Assembly: GCA_011109175.1 (NCBI GenBank)
Contig: RDEW01000032.1
Coordinates: forward strand, 328,656 to 392,655
Reading direction: 5' to 3'
Source: Dicyema japonicum
Taxonomy: Eukaryota > Animalia > Dicyemida
DNA: 64,000 nt
The notes below the pieces were generated by a model. The model was not told where the DNA came from. It made no database searches and saw nothing but the letters and a program-made list of their open reading frames with translations. The stretch's first letter is position 1. Every line of letters begins with the position of its first letter. This document shows positions 42,295-55,389 of the stretch, one piece after another. Position numbers and translations under genes: made by a program.

Positions 42295-43150
42295 ATGAAT
42301 GTGAGACCAATCCCGTTTTTATATGTAATATTCTAGATAGAGAATTTTATATTAACTGAAATTCAGCACGTGTTGAATAATAGATTTAAAAATCTAAACG
42401 AATTAGTAAAAAAACGACTATCAGTGTTAAATGAAAAGCTACAACAAATCGAATCGTCTCATTTAAGGATGGAAGACTACTCACGCCAAATTTCTGAGGT
42501 AAACTCCGCTTTCAGTCGAATGCTCGTCTCCATGGATGTTCAAACGGATGTCAACCTCACCGATCAACAAAATCAGACAGACCCAAAGGAAGTTGTCGAC
42601 AGAGAAGATCAAACTGACGAAATCAGTGAATATTTTGAAGAGAAATATATTGGTCTTCGAACTGTTCCCTCGAATGATTCAATTATTGAAATTTCTGACG
42701 ATTCCACTGATAATGCGCACATCAAAGTGTCTTCTGATCGGGTCGAGGAGCAATTAGATACCACGTGTAGACCAACGAGTCTTCATCCTAAGCTTGTGCT
42801 TACAGTAAGGAAAAATGAAAACGGTTACAATTTGTCGATAACATAGGATTTGAGTTGATGTGGTTTTCAGCTGATGATTACAGATTTGAAGAAATCGTGG
42901 AATATGAAATATATTCGTTCAATTATCGGCCTGATTGCCCAGATGTACCTACTCAAAAGTGGAATTTGGTAGTATTTATTACTTATTTTAGCTGGGGAAA
43001 GTAAAGAGTTTAAAATTGCCGATGGTTTGTTCTCTGTGTTCTTATAATCCCCATTTGTCCTACTCATTTACTGTTCGGTCGTTGGCACGTGATAACTCAT
43101 TGGGTGCTTTTAGTAGTCCTTGCTGTATTGAGGCTGAAATTTTACTATAA
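42295..43150 (+). CDS. ATF7IP: ATF7IP/MCAF/Windei-like SETDB1 cofactor (compact)
   Basis: N-terminal coiled coil; C-terminal FN3 GFELMW...YEIYSF...KWNLLGKVKSLKLPMVCSL...YSFTVRS...GAFSSP matching ATF7IP WKKIGEVKALPLPMACTL...YYFAVRA; 23-nt intron gttacaatttgtcgataacatag. Confidence 0.85.
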
Positions 43151-44319
43151 AATTTGTGTCATTTAATTTTTTTTATCTTATTTCATTTTTTTGGTGGTAA
43201 GTGGAGTAATATTGGGGGTAAGATTATTTAGACATTGAATTTTCTTTTTTTGTTATTCATACAAAATAAACAACTCAGAATCGCCTTGTCCAATTTAGCC
43301 ATCTGCCCATATGACATTTTCGGGCTCTGCCACTTCAGTGTAGGTCTTTCGCTTAAAACAGTGGACTGTAGGTATTTCCTGAGCTTCCTATCTACTCCTA
43401 ACTATCTTGAATAACCTTTGTAGTACTTTGTTTTAATTCCTTCCCGCATCATTACCATTGGAATAATGAGGACCTTGCAGCCAAACATCTGGCTGATCTC
43501 GTTCGCAAGCAAGTCATACTTTTTTTAACCATCTCCACAGTCTGCAAACGATTTAGGGACATAATACTAATTTCTATGATGAGGACTTGGCCAGAATGCT
43601 TAGCATGTATCACAATGTCCGATCAATTGTGCCTTACAACTACCGAGGTTCGGATGACACTGTCCACCTTAATCTGGACCCAGATATTATCTACTACAGA
43701 TGCACCTTATGAGGCTGCCACTTTCTGAGTGGGGAATACCACACTTATTGCATAGTGGGAGATGAAGATTTTTCACTACCTCGCTATGCCTCCATACTTA
43801 GTCATGGCATAGTATGAATCCGCACCGAGTGGCTAATTCATCAACCGATATACTCGACTTACAGCGGAGACATGTATTTATTTATCGACTCTAAAAATAT
43901 TGCGATCTTGTATATACGTTTATAATGCCTCCGGTCGAGGTTAGTTGTCATCGACGACTTATGGTCTACATGTCGGTTATCCATTACTCCGAAGAGGACC
44001 TTATGAAGGCTTTTAAGTTGATTTTTTAAATGGATCTTATGAAGGATTTTTTATTTGATTTTTTCAATTAAGTTATTATTTTGTAATTCAATCAACGCCC
44101 TCACATCTACTTAGCTGATAATAATGGTCTGAGTCGCTCGTGTTCTCTCGGTCATAATTATGGCGTGTTTTCTAGTAGACACAATTGACCCAGCTATCAG
44201 GGTGTCGTGCATTCGCATAAAGATACGCTCACTTAGTTGAACTACAACGCACAACCGAATTTCTCAGGGGGTAAATATAGCCTCTCCTTATTGCCAGATA
44301 GCACATTGAAATGGTTTCA

Positions 44320-44690
44320 CCGAGTACTCCATGGATTAGTTAGTTGAGAAACCACCGCCTCACTAACTTGTGGGAGACTATTAAGGAGAAAATGCCGATG
44401 GCCCCCATAGATCTGTCAGTCTTGGAATTGTAGACGAACATTGTACTAATTAGAGACAATCAAAAAGTGGTTTGCTTTCAAAAAGAACAGAGGACATCTT
44501 TTACAACGTCTAGTTGATATACGTTCGTCGGTAGAGAAGGGTGATACCCACATCTTAGACGAGCCAGGTTTACCCGGATGTTCCTCGGAAAAGAGGATCC
44601 TGATTGGTCTATTGGAGGATGAGGCCGGCGTAGTATTTTGTTAAAATTGACTGAGAATTTAGTTGGCGTCGCAATGACGATCGATTTCAA
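44320..44690 (-). mobile_element. LINE 3' end remnant
   Basis: FPRNIRVNLARLRCGYHPSL resembles LPRxxRxxLAQLRSG; ctaactaa tail near 44340. Confidence 0.55.
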
Positions 44691-44793
44691 AGAAGGATGA
44701 CCTTAAAATAGCTTCAGCAATTTCGATCGGATTAGATGAGTCATGTGACATTAAGGATACGACTCAAATTTAGGAGAGTTTAACTTAATAATA

Positions 44794-46692
44794 CATTAAA
44801 CTCTCTTAAATTTGCCAATTCTCAGATTTGCCATTTTTAAAGAAATTTGTCAATTCCGAAATTTGCCAGAATTTTTGAAAGTTTTTAAAAAAATTATTGA
44901 AAATTATAACAATGAAACTTTATTCGAGTAGCATGCCTCGTTGTGATTCTAGTGGTCGATATACAAGACTCAATATCGAACAATAAGGACGGTAACAATT
45001 TATTTTCATGCCAAAGAAATGTCGAAAAGTTTCCTTTTTGTATAAAATGAAATTTTGCCGAAGGGCAGTTAACACTATCTTAAAGAGTCGTGAGTAAATT
45101 TTGGAACAATTCAAAACTAAAAATAATCTGGCTGAGAAAATCAAGATTAAAAAATAAGACCGCTACCGTTTTGTAACGTTGGCAATCGAGACGTCTGGTT
45201 CGGCCGGAAGTATTACAGCCTCTTTCCTAGAGGAAATTGGAGGAAATTGGCTCACCGTAGGAAAGACGTGCAGGAAGCGGTGGCTAAGGCAACGAATTGG
45301 GATCGCAGTTGTCCGGGGAAACGCTTACTCTGTAATGTCAGCAGCCGCTCTCCCCCATAGTTAATAAACTAAAAATTCATAAACAAAAACAGTCAAAAAG
45401 TGAAAGTTCCCGCAATTTGATGAAAAGCTTGTTGAGTGGATGGATTCGATGGAATCAAAAGGTATTCCCAGTGTTTTTAAATTTTTAGGTGCATTATTGA
45501 ACGATGCATTAATATCTAGTAAAGCAGAATTCTACGCTAAGCAGCTTTCTCTTGACAATTTAAAAAACTCGTGGATTTTTATCCAAATTTAAGAAATGGC
45601 ATGGATTTCGGATGAGGCAATTACATAGACAAATGTGTACTAACAGAAATGTCGACATTGAAGGGTTTTTCAAAGAATTTCAAGAAGTTTCAAAGTCATA
45701 TACCAGCGATCAGATTTATAACCTGGACGAAACTGGGATTTCTTACAAGCTTATTCCATCCAGAAGTATCTGTAAGACTCCGTTTCGAGGATACTATAAA
45801 AATGGCCTGGGAAGATGTATCCACTAAAACAATCAAAAATTGTTTTCAAATTCTAAAAAAATCGGGTACTAGCACACCTTTAGTAAATGTAACATAATTC
45901 AATAAATATTATCTAATACGGATGTTCCGATCAAAAATTCTGAAATTTGCCAATTCCCAAATTTGCCGCAAAAATGCTGGAACCATAACTACTTTCATGT
46001 TCTCTTCATGTTCTCAAGTCGAAGGAGTTTCAAGCGGAAGATCCACATTACAAGGGCCATATTAAAAGACGAAGGAACCTATTGCACTGCAAGGGAGTCT
46101 CCTCAAGGCGAAGAAACGTATTACAAGGTTGAGAAACATATTACGGGCCGAATAGACATATTCTACAAAAAACGAAGGAACCTTTTGGGGGACGCAGTAG
46201 CCAAAGGGTCAAAACTCCGGATATTTTCCAAGTTGGACCTAGTACCCACACCAATTGATCCTTACATTCGTATCCGGGTCTACACGGGACTTTGTTATCC
46301 AGGCCATTGATCCCTACAGGACCTGAGATTACTGTGGATGTCATACTGGAGTTGGGACTTACAGGGGGTATCCACACCATTTGTTTCCTACATTCGAATT
46401 GGGATTTACACGGGACTTTGTTAACCACATCATCGGTCCCTGCAGGACGGTTTGGGACCACTGTGGAATAACATACTGAGGAAAGGACCTACAAAGGGAG
46501 AACTAACTGGAGATGGGCGTACTGGCTTTGTACCTACAACGTTCTGGAGATAAGTTAGTAATTGGATAGATATCAAGGATCAATGGTACCCGGATGAACA
46601 GTCCAGGCCAACCGGCGGACTGGTACCTATTCAATGACTTGTTGTTTTAATTCATTTTGATTTTTGAATGGTAAATTTGGGAGAGTTTTCGA
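44794..46692 (+). mobile_element. pogo/Tigger-like element, internally deleted
   Basis: TA-CATTAAACTCTCTTAAATTTGCC left end and degenerate right end ggtaaatttgggagagttttc; HTH DEKLVEWMDSMESKG; IYNLDETGISYK; AWEDVSTKTIKNCF. Confidence 0.8.
45985..46665 (+). repeat. Unclassified dispersed repeat, longest copy, nested in pogo
   Basis: Matches 16668-16945 (minus) and 57685-58080; internal duplication of tacacgggactttgtta. Confidence 0.85.
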
Positions 46693-47516
46693 GACTTTCT
46701 TAGAAAGAACTTTTGGCATTATTTTCGCTAAAGGGTCAAACACGTTGAGAAGAAATTGTCTGAACCACTTTTGAATACAAGGAAACCAGATTCATATCAT
46801 ATCGTCCTCACGATATTCGGGTCTATTTATTTGTGTGAGAAAGCGTTTTTACATATGAATTTGATCAAATCAAAATTAAGGAGTCAAATTACTTTACAAA
46901 TTTGGAATCTTTTCTTAAAAATTACAAATTACGTCCCAGACATAACACTATTGGCGACGGAAATGCAGGGTCAATTAAATATAATTTTTTTATGTTTTGT
47001 TATTTTAAAAAGTGTTGAGTTTTATATTTTAAAAAGTGGCTCTTTAATTTTTATAATTGCAAAAAATAAAAAATTGGCTCTTTGACATAAAAATGGCCGA
47101 CTCCTGACCTATTAGATAATAAATTTTTTACTCAATAAATTTTCTACAGAGGACCTCCTGGTTTTGCCATTTTATATAAAATAATTTAAATGCCACACGA
47201 ACTAAAAATAAAACTAAACCTTTAAGAGACTATAATATTTAAAAATACGTGATAAATTGACTGTTAAACTATATTTAATCAAAAGGTTAATTATAATTTA
47301 ACAAAAATTAAAATGTGGTTTTCAAGGATTTTAACAATAAAAGTAATTTTTTTAGTATTTTAAGCAAAAATAAAATTAATTATTACAAAAAATCAGATTA
47401 AAAGTTTTACAAAAAATAAAAAATGACTAAAAAAATTTAAAATGATAATTTAATTAATTGATTTTACTTTGGCGAACCTCATTTAAATTAATTTTTTTAA
47501 TTTAAAAAATTTTTGA

Positions 47517-49345
47517 ATGGAAAGTTTGTCGGACAAAAACGAATCAAATAACGCTGACATTATCAAAAAGATTCAAATACCTGAAGGAAAAGTCAAAAAT
47601 ACTATTATTTTATTAGGGAATCACTTTAAAAAAGTTTATGGCTTTTTTTGGGCCGGGATTCCTTGTGAGTATTGCATACCTTGATCCGGGAAACATGGAA
47701 TCAGACCTTAGAACCGCAACAGTTGCTGGTTATAAAGTATATTTGTTATTCTTTTTAAAGTTGCTGTGGCTTTTGTTAATTTCTACAATTCTTGGTATTT
47801 TGCTTCAAAGACTTGCTCTTCGCCTCGGAGTCGTGACTGGTAACAGTTTATCTCAGAATTGTCGAACCTGTTTGCCTCGTGTTTCCAACGTTGTAACCTG
47901 GGTTATGGTGGAAATTGCCATTGTCGCCTCTGATATGCAAGAAGTAATCGGTACCTCGATTGCCATCTATATTCTTTCCCAACAAAAGTAAAAATCAAAT
48001 TTATTTTAGAATTCCCTTGTTTGCTGGAGTTTTGATAACAATTTTCGACACATTCATTTTCCTGCTGATAGATCGCTACGGATTCAGAAAATTAGAGTTC
48101 ATTTTCGCCTTTGGAATACTTATTATGGCTGCGATGTTCGGCTACCTTGTAATATTTAATATAATTTCTCAGTATGTGTTATCTGCCCCCGACCAGGGGA
48201 AGTTGATGAAAGGAATGTTCGCCCCCATGTGTGAGAACTGTTCTTACGACGCTCTTGTCCAGGCTGTTGGGATTATAGGGGCTGTGATAATGCCACATAA
48301 TATTTACCTCCACTCTTCTCTCACTGAGGTTACTTGGGTTAGTAGTTTAGACGAGAAAAATTGACAGAACTGACAAATCAAAAATCAAAGAAGCGAATTT
48401 TCTGTTTTTCACAGAAAGTTGTATAATCCTGCTGGTCTCCTTCATAATCAATTTGTTCGTTATGGCAACCTTCGCATCTGCATTTTACACTGCATCTGAG
48501 AGTTCCCAATCAATCGTTGAATTTTGCTATTAAAGTGAATAGTATAACATGTGTGTCGCCAGAAATATCTCGAATGGAATTATTTTCAAGAATATGACTG
48601 ATGCTTCTGATATGAATATTTTTTCGGGGGTTAGGGTTTTAGCTGATGTCGTAGTCCATCTTCTTGGGCTGCAAGTATGGCATAGCGACTACCTATATCT
48701 GGGCGATTGGCATTCTGGCTGCAGGACAGACTTCTACGATGACTGGGACATACACAGGTCAGTTCGTGATGCAGGTGTTACCTTTTAAAGACATCTTGCT
48801 AATTAGGGATTTTTGGGAATCACATGGAAGCCATGGAAGCGATTAATAGTAACACGAACAATTGCAATTGGCCCAACAATTGTAGTCGCAGTATTCCAAG
48901 GGTTGGACAAACTGACAATTTTCAACGACCTTTTAAACGTGTTGATGAGTATTTTGCTTCCATTCGCTCTGCTACCAGTCATTGCCTTCACAAGCTCAAC
49001 CTCCATAATGGGAAAGGACTTTGTCAACTCCAAGTTTGTAAATAAAATAAAATAGATTATCTAAAATATTATACATATTTTTAATATTTCTAATAATTGC
49101 CATCAACAATTATTTAATCGTGGATATTATCAAACAGTACACCACTGGACATATTATCTACCAAATTCTCATCATTTTGCTAATCGTCATATACTTTGTT
49201 ATTGTGATTTTCATAGTTTATTTATTATTTATTTTAGAGTATTAGTTTTCTAGCAATATCAGAAAGTGTCCATTTGGGGAAATACAGTCACTATTTTATA
49301 AAAGATGTTGGAGAAAATGAAGAAGAGAGATCATTAATTGAGTGA
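47517..49345 (+). CDS. NRAMP: NRAMP/SLC11 divalent metal transporter
   Basis: [72 protein letters not shown]; short GT-AG introns throughout. Confidence 0.97.
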
Positions 49346-49522
49346 AATTAGTATTAAACACATTTAATTCTCATGAAATGACTAATTTAGAATCATTTTT
49401 TCGATTATTAAAAAATGTTTATTAACTTGGTTACTAGATTAAAGGCGATAAACTTGAGACTGACTTTGTGATAAAGCCATCGCTTAGCATGTGGGGTTAA
49501 TATTAATCATTGTTTTTTGGCA

Positions 49523-49870
49523 CTAAAAATTATCCGATGAAACGATCAGAAATCTAGTCAGGTGACAATTCCTCCTGCTAATTCGAAGCGCACACGATTT
49601 TTTAATAAAGAGCTTTAACCCTCTCATGCTACTCCATTGTTCAATCTGGTACACATAGTCCCCGATTCTTTCAGATATATAAGAATTTAGGGATATGTCC
49701 ATTACAATTACGTCATTAATATTCTTCGAACGCGGAAAACTTGGCTCTTGAATGATATTGCATATAATCCCGCACATCTCTACAAAGGATTGTCTTCCCT
49801 GAAGATAATTTCTTATCCAAACAAATAGGTATTTTTGAACACATACAAGCTGCTTCAACAACATATCATG
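49523..49870 (-). mobile_element. LINE RT fragment (related to 53110-54350)
   Basis: WIRNYLQGRQSFV and QIEQWSSMRGLKL..KKSCALRISRR parallel WIRDFLTGRISQV and QVQDWCTKRGMRLSTEKSSSLRVSR. Confidence 0.75.
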
Positions 49871-49878
49871 CCATATAC

Positions 49879-50150
49879 CAGAGGTCGGCCGTCTTTTAAG
49901 CCAAAGAGCCAAATTTTTGTTCTTTTGGAACTTAAAAAAACTTGAGTCGTATCCTTAATATCACATGACTCATCTACTACGATCGAAATTGCAGTAGCTA
50001 TTTTAAGTACTAGGTGATCTTCTAATATAATCCTTAACGCACTATAGATTCTCAATCTCATTTTAGCATCAATATAAAAATCATATTTTCGATTTCTTTT
50101 AACTTGGGACCTTCCCACATGGTTGATCGCCAAAATATCATATTAGCAGT
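49879..50150 (-). mobile_element. hAT deletion derivative with TIR
   Basis: CAGAGGTCGGCCGTCTTTTAAGCCAAAGAGCCAA at 49879 abuts ISIVVDESCDIKDTTQ. Confidence 0.75.
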
Positions 50151-50783
50151 AATATAAAAATCATGATTTATACCTCTTCTAACACGGGAATTTAAACTTA
50201 AACAATAATTTTTTTCTGGATTTTGGTGAATTTGAGAATTTCTTTCATTACTTATTTAGAATTTTTGTCAATTTAAACAGTCCTTTTATAATTTCATTAT
50301 TTTTATATCCAATTAAATAACCAGACAATTTTGATCTTATATATGAGTACTTTGTAGAGACTAGATTACGTTTATGTGGATGCCATGAGTCACTCTTATT
50401 GGGATAAGTGAGATATGGAGAACATTAGGACGACTTAGAGAGTTTTGAGCAGGATTGTGGAAAGTGAAACCGCTCAGTTTGATAGTTTCTAACTCAGAAT
50501 ATCGATATACATAATAATTGGTTATGAACATATAGTTGGAAGGTTAATGATGGGTAAATTAAGTGTAAACTCATCCTTCAACATTCGATTCGCATGGAAT
50601 GTCCTTAGAGCAACCACAAGTTAGTTTCACCAGATAGTTTCCATGTCAGTTCAATCACCATACTCCCAACACGTGAATTTGTCCTTATGATTTTTATTGT
50701 TAACTTCTTAAGACGACTTCGTTCCATGTCGAGTCATAAAATGCAAAGGCACTTAAATGCATATAATATGGCTGTCACAAAAA

Positions 50784-51325
50784 TTAAAGGTTATTTATGA
50801 CCTTCTTAAACTCCAGCAACATCTTAAACTCCCACGGTCCCTGACCGAGAGACTTCTCTTCATGGATCAAGGTCACTAGGTCCCTCATCATTCCCCCACT
50901 CGCACCGAATATACGGAAATAAGAAACAAAAAACTGGTGGGTATATGGGTAACACAACACACGCGACATAAAAAAGTTCTTCAGACTCCTCAGTTCCTCC
51001 ACTGTCCAGTTCTCCGGGGATCCTACCTCAATGAAACACCAACCGGCAGACGCGAGGACTCGAAAACTGAAACTGCAAGTCCGAGACAGATCTTCAAGAC
51101 GAAGTACTCTGGCTTGAAACAGATCACTTCCAGCGAGTTTGGACCCTCCTCCGAATGCCTTGTCATGTTGAACTGTTTCATCTCCTCTCGATTGTAGTTG
51201 AGAATCCAATGACGGTAGACAACGCATACGAAGAAGTGGAATAACAACGGACACTCCCACTCTGTTGTTCCTCCCACGACATCCTGCGGAGACAACCAGC
51301 ACTTTTCTGATAGGAGAAGGTCCAA
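50784..51325 (-). other. Unexplained GC-richer coding-like segment (172-aa and 100-aa overlapping ORFs)
   Basis: Longest ORF not assigned to a gene; VCVVYRH and TRHSEEGPNSLEVI hint at a LINE endonuclease remnant. Confidence 0.3.
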
Positions 51326-52429
51326 CTGGTCACGTGTTACCGAATATGGCAGCTGCTGCAGTTTGTCCAGTTGTACATGTTTTCGGTATCATTCACGTGG
51401 GGCTTCATTTTCACGTTTAGGGGAACAAGTTAAATCCCCTAGTGTCACACACAGGCATACCAAACAGGGGAGACAGGTACTGGGAAACTGAATGGGTGGG
51501 TTCTGAAGGGATCGACAGCAAATGTCCCAGACACGTTACTCGACTGGGAGACGTCAAAGTTATTCAAGGACTGACTGAGTTTAAAATATTAGCGGGGACG
51601 AAAGCGAATGCTGGGTGGGCTTCTATTATAACAAAAGCATACAGGTGGTACAAATGCGATTTGACCGTACAGGGAAAAATTTCTATGGTAGTTTTTAATG
51701 CTGCCTCAAACTTGGAATTGAAGGTCTAGTCGCAACAAAAAAGTTTTAAGTTCCGTATAGCGTCATGGAATCAACTAACTCAAGAAACACAAAGTCTCTA
51801 GTCGGCATCCAAAAAGGATTCTCTCTTCCCTACTTCAATAGAAAGGTTCACACAATATTGAGTGGAAGGTAATAGTAGAACGTCCTACTCCGGCTTGGTA
51901 ACTTGATAAAACCTGTTAAAGATATTTTCTTTTTCCAGTTATCTTCTAATTTCTTTAACAAAATTAGACAGTTTAAATATCCATTGCTTTCTATCAGTTA
52001 ATTAAATTTCATGTCACAAGCACATACTTTGAAGTTTATGAAAATTAAAATTTGTCTTATAAATTAAATTTAAAAAATTAAAATAAAAAACTTACATGTC
52101 AAGTAAAATAATAAATGGTTAATAGCAAATATAAAAATAAACTGTCTAAAAGTGGGACGAGAACAAGGCGTCGAAGCAAGATGAGGTCAGAAACCAACAC
52201 TAAGAGGTAGTGGGTATTTTTGTTAACAACTGTAATTCCAAGACGTTTTCGGTACCAACACCACTCACTGTATCTTACAGCTCAGACGAAATTGCACTTG
52301 AGAGTACACGGAAAAGATCTCTGGTGACAGGTCTGACCTAACCTGAAGTCGTGACGAACCAAAGATGTCCCTGACCCCAGATTATTTAGCCACCTCCTTT
52401 CAGAAAAGTCCGGATATATCGGAATAGGT

Positions 52430-52690
52430 TTTATGCAGATACTTCGGTCTGAGGTGTGATGTCTCCTTCATTACGGGAACTCCCACTTGAGTAGTGAAGA
52501 GAGGGATCCATTTTGGATGTGGCTAAACATGGACATGGGGCTCCTGAGTTAGGTGGATCCAATGACGCTTCTCGAAATAAAAGAAGATAAAGAATAGTGA
52601 AAAATCCTTCGATCAATATGTAGCCATGTGTGAATTGAACCCAAACCTAAATGCGAGGCGAGCGAAAGCACTAACCACCACGCGACCTGG
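52430..52690 (-). mobile_element. tRNA-headed SINE (family B)
   Basis: Reverse strand ggtcgcgtggtggttag...gggttcaattc (A/B boxes) followed by a body shared with 12955-13060. Confidence 0.55.
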
Positions 52691-53109
52691 TTCTCTTCTG
52701 ATTATTTGAGCAACAGACAGTTCTTTATTCAGTTCTTGTTTCGATGTCTCCTGAGTATGTCACCTACTCCGTAGTCATGAAAAGAATGAAGACCGTCACT
52801 ATTTCAACGTACGGCCGATTTAAGATTTAACAGGCCCGATACAAAACTTCACTTCTCACGCTCCTCGAATCTTCGAACCGACTAGAATCAAACTCGACTG
52901 TTTAAGTCAAAGACCTCCATAAGATCAAAACGAATTAGAGAGGGTGAGGATACCACCTACGTAAACTGTCAGCGCATCAAAACTAATGAAGGAGACTGAC
53001 ATTGCTTTTAGTTTCCCCTGTTCCACATGCTTTGCCGTGACCATAGCATCTCCCTAATAATAGTTTTTCAATTTGCAGGACAAGGGTTTATTTATTAATT
53101 AATTTATTT

Positions 53110-54350
53110 ACCCCCATCCCATTCGAGTAAAAGAATCTGGTGCCTAACAAAAAAGTCAAAGTCAAGAGTAGGAATTCCAAGAGATCCGATAGATACATTT
53201 AGTTCTATGAAGAACTCGGAGGTGGATTCAGAGACATCTGTTCGATCTCCAAGATTATCGAGCGAATTATCTTCAGGAGGCTTAACGACCACATAGAAGA
53301 GAGTGGTTTCCTCCTCGCAGAACAATGGGGCTTCAGACCTGGAAAATCATGCACGGACTGTATCTACCAGATGCATTCAACTGTATTGAGAGGTCTGGAA
53401 GTCAAAAGACTAGTCAACCTGGTATGTTTGGATCTGTCCAAGGCTTTCAATAGTGTGTGCCATGAAGTACTCCTATCAAGGCTAGCAGCTGCTCAGATCC
53501 AAAAGAAACTACTCATCTGGATAAGGGATTTCCTAACAGGACGTATTTCCCAAGTACGCGTTGGAGCACATAATTCGAAAGACATCATACTGAAGAGGGG
53601 AGTTCCTCAGGGTTCCGTCCTGAGCCCTCTGCTATTCAACATATTTTATCGGATTTTCCAACTCCACCGGGCATAAACACAAAACTATTGATATACGCCG
53701 ATGATATTCTGATCACAGATACATCTGGCAAATCAACTCTTTCGGAGAAAAGGATCATGTCATTCATTGGTCAAGTTCAGGACTGGTGCACAAAAAGAGG
53801 GATGAGATTGTCTACGGAGAAATCCAGCTCTCTACGAGTGAGTCGCCTAAGGAGGCATCAGAAGGAGCCTTACTCATTAGAGATTCCTAAAGTAAACTCA
53901 ATGCGCTACCTCGGGATAGCAATCGATGGGAATGGTTCCTTCATGGAGGACATAAGACGAAGAAGGAAGAAGGCGCTTCAAGCACTCTTATGTACGAGAA
54001 AGTTGCTTGTAAGCCTGGAAACCTTCTTGTTCATCTTCATGAGGATCATCCTACCGGAACTGCTATATGGATGCGAAGCATGGTTTTTCTCTTGCCAAAG
54101 AGAAAGAATAATGTTTCTCATGGAAAAAACCAGAAGGTCGGCAATAAAGTTGGCTTTAGATAAAAGGATCTGGGATGCTCTCAGCACTGAAGAAGACATG
54201 ATTCTAACTCCTGTTAAAAACATCATAGAGAAAAGAATCAATGGGATCCGACGATAAAAGATAACTAAATGGAGAGTGGATACATCGGAAGTGTCCAGGC
54301 CGCATAGGCGGACACGTTTAAATATCCTAAAAAAATAACTCCTTACTTAC
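53110..54350 (+). mobile_element. 5'-truncated LINE reverse transcriptase (CR1/L2/Jockey-like), disrupted
   Basis: QWGFRPGKS, LDLSKAFNSV, GVPQGSVLSPLLFNIF, YADD, RYLGI, LLYGCEAW; one frame break before YADD. Confidence 0.95.
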
Positions 54351-54821
54351 TTACTATGGAATAAATTTGATTTGATTTGATTCAGAGAAGAGAAGATGTG
54401 ACTCGTCTTCTAGTCGTAAAGAAAGCATGATGGCCAGAGTGGAGATTGTCCGATCTTGTATAGAAATAAATGTAAATATATGGTCACAACAACGTAGGTG
54501 TGCCAAGTGGACACGAACTTCCTGTGGTACGGAAGCGTCGCTACCGTCAATAATAAGTGGAATAAGTCCCAGAAGCTTGTTGCTACCATTGCTTCTGATG
54601 GTTTGGTTCATATACAGCCATGGATTGTTTACTGTCGTGATTGGCAGGCTCAGTCTCTGGGATGGTTCGTAGAATCAGAATTAAATCGCTCATAAGAAGA
54701 TAAAGACTGTAAAAAAATAAGATCTTGAAACTAAAATGCAATTTAATTTATATAATTATTTTAATTTTCTATTTTAATATTTTTAAATAAATTAGTTTTA
54801 AGTAAACGTGGTTTTTGTGTC

Positions 54822-55379
54822 ATGGCAAACATTAAGTGTGTTAAAAAGGATATTCACAAAAAGAGGACTGACAGTGAGAGAAAAAAACTCCAAAGAGTTA
54901 AGAAACTAAAGATTCTGAAAAAGGGAGACAATGCCGTAGAAAAGGCAAAGGAAGTTGCCAAGGATCTACGACTGCCTAAGAAAAAGACAGTCAAACAGAA
55001 AGTCCGTACCAAAATACGCTTCTACCGACCAAAAACCCAGACAAAACCAAAAAACCCGAAGTACCCGTCCAGAATAATTCCGCGAAAGAGCCGTCTCCTC
55101 CAATCAGGGATTATAAAGTATGCCCTCAGCACGGAGACGGCCATGAAGAAAATTGAGACCGATAACACGCTTGTTTTCATTGTGGACTTGCAGGCTAATA
55201 AGAGGCAAATAAAGAGAACTGGGTGTGCTCTGAGTTCGGGGTAAAGACTGCCAAAATTAATACTCTCATTCGACCGGATGGAAAGAAGAAGGCTTATGTG
55301 AAGCTTACTACAGAATTTGATGCCTTGGATGTAGCTAATAAGGTTGGTAGTTGGCTTAGTTTAGATTGGGGTTGTTTAG
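54822..55379 (+). CDS. RPL23A: 60S ribosomal protein L23a (uL23)
   Basis: [55 protein letters not shown]|IGVV-stop (22-nt intron); one frameshift near 55230. Confidence 0.97.
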
Positions 55380-55389
55380 TTGTTTCTTA

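Larger units (their letters stand above)
44695..47106 (+). mobile_element. hAT (Charlie/SPIN-like) non-autonomous element, interrupted
   Basis: DESCDIKDTTQ at 44720-44770; C-terminal YLCEKAFLHMNLIKSKLRSQIT at 46830-46900; right TIR aaaatggccgactcctg ending 47106. Confidence 0.7.

Noticed and set aside
52620-52690. tRNA genes here and at 1240, 26650, 32060 and 37170
   Set aside because: A/B boxes are present, but no acceptor or anticodon stems pair and they run into repeat bodies; these are SINE heads.
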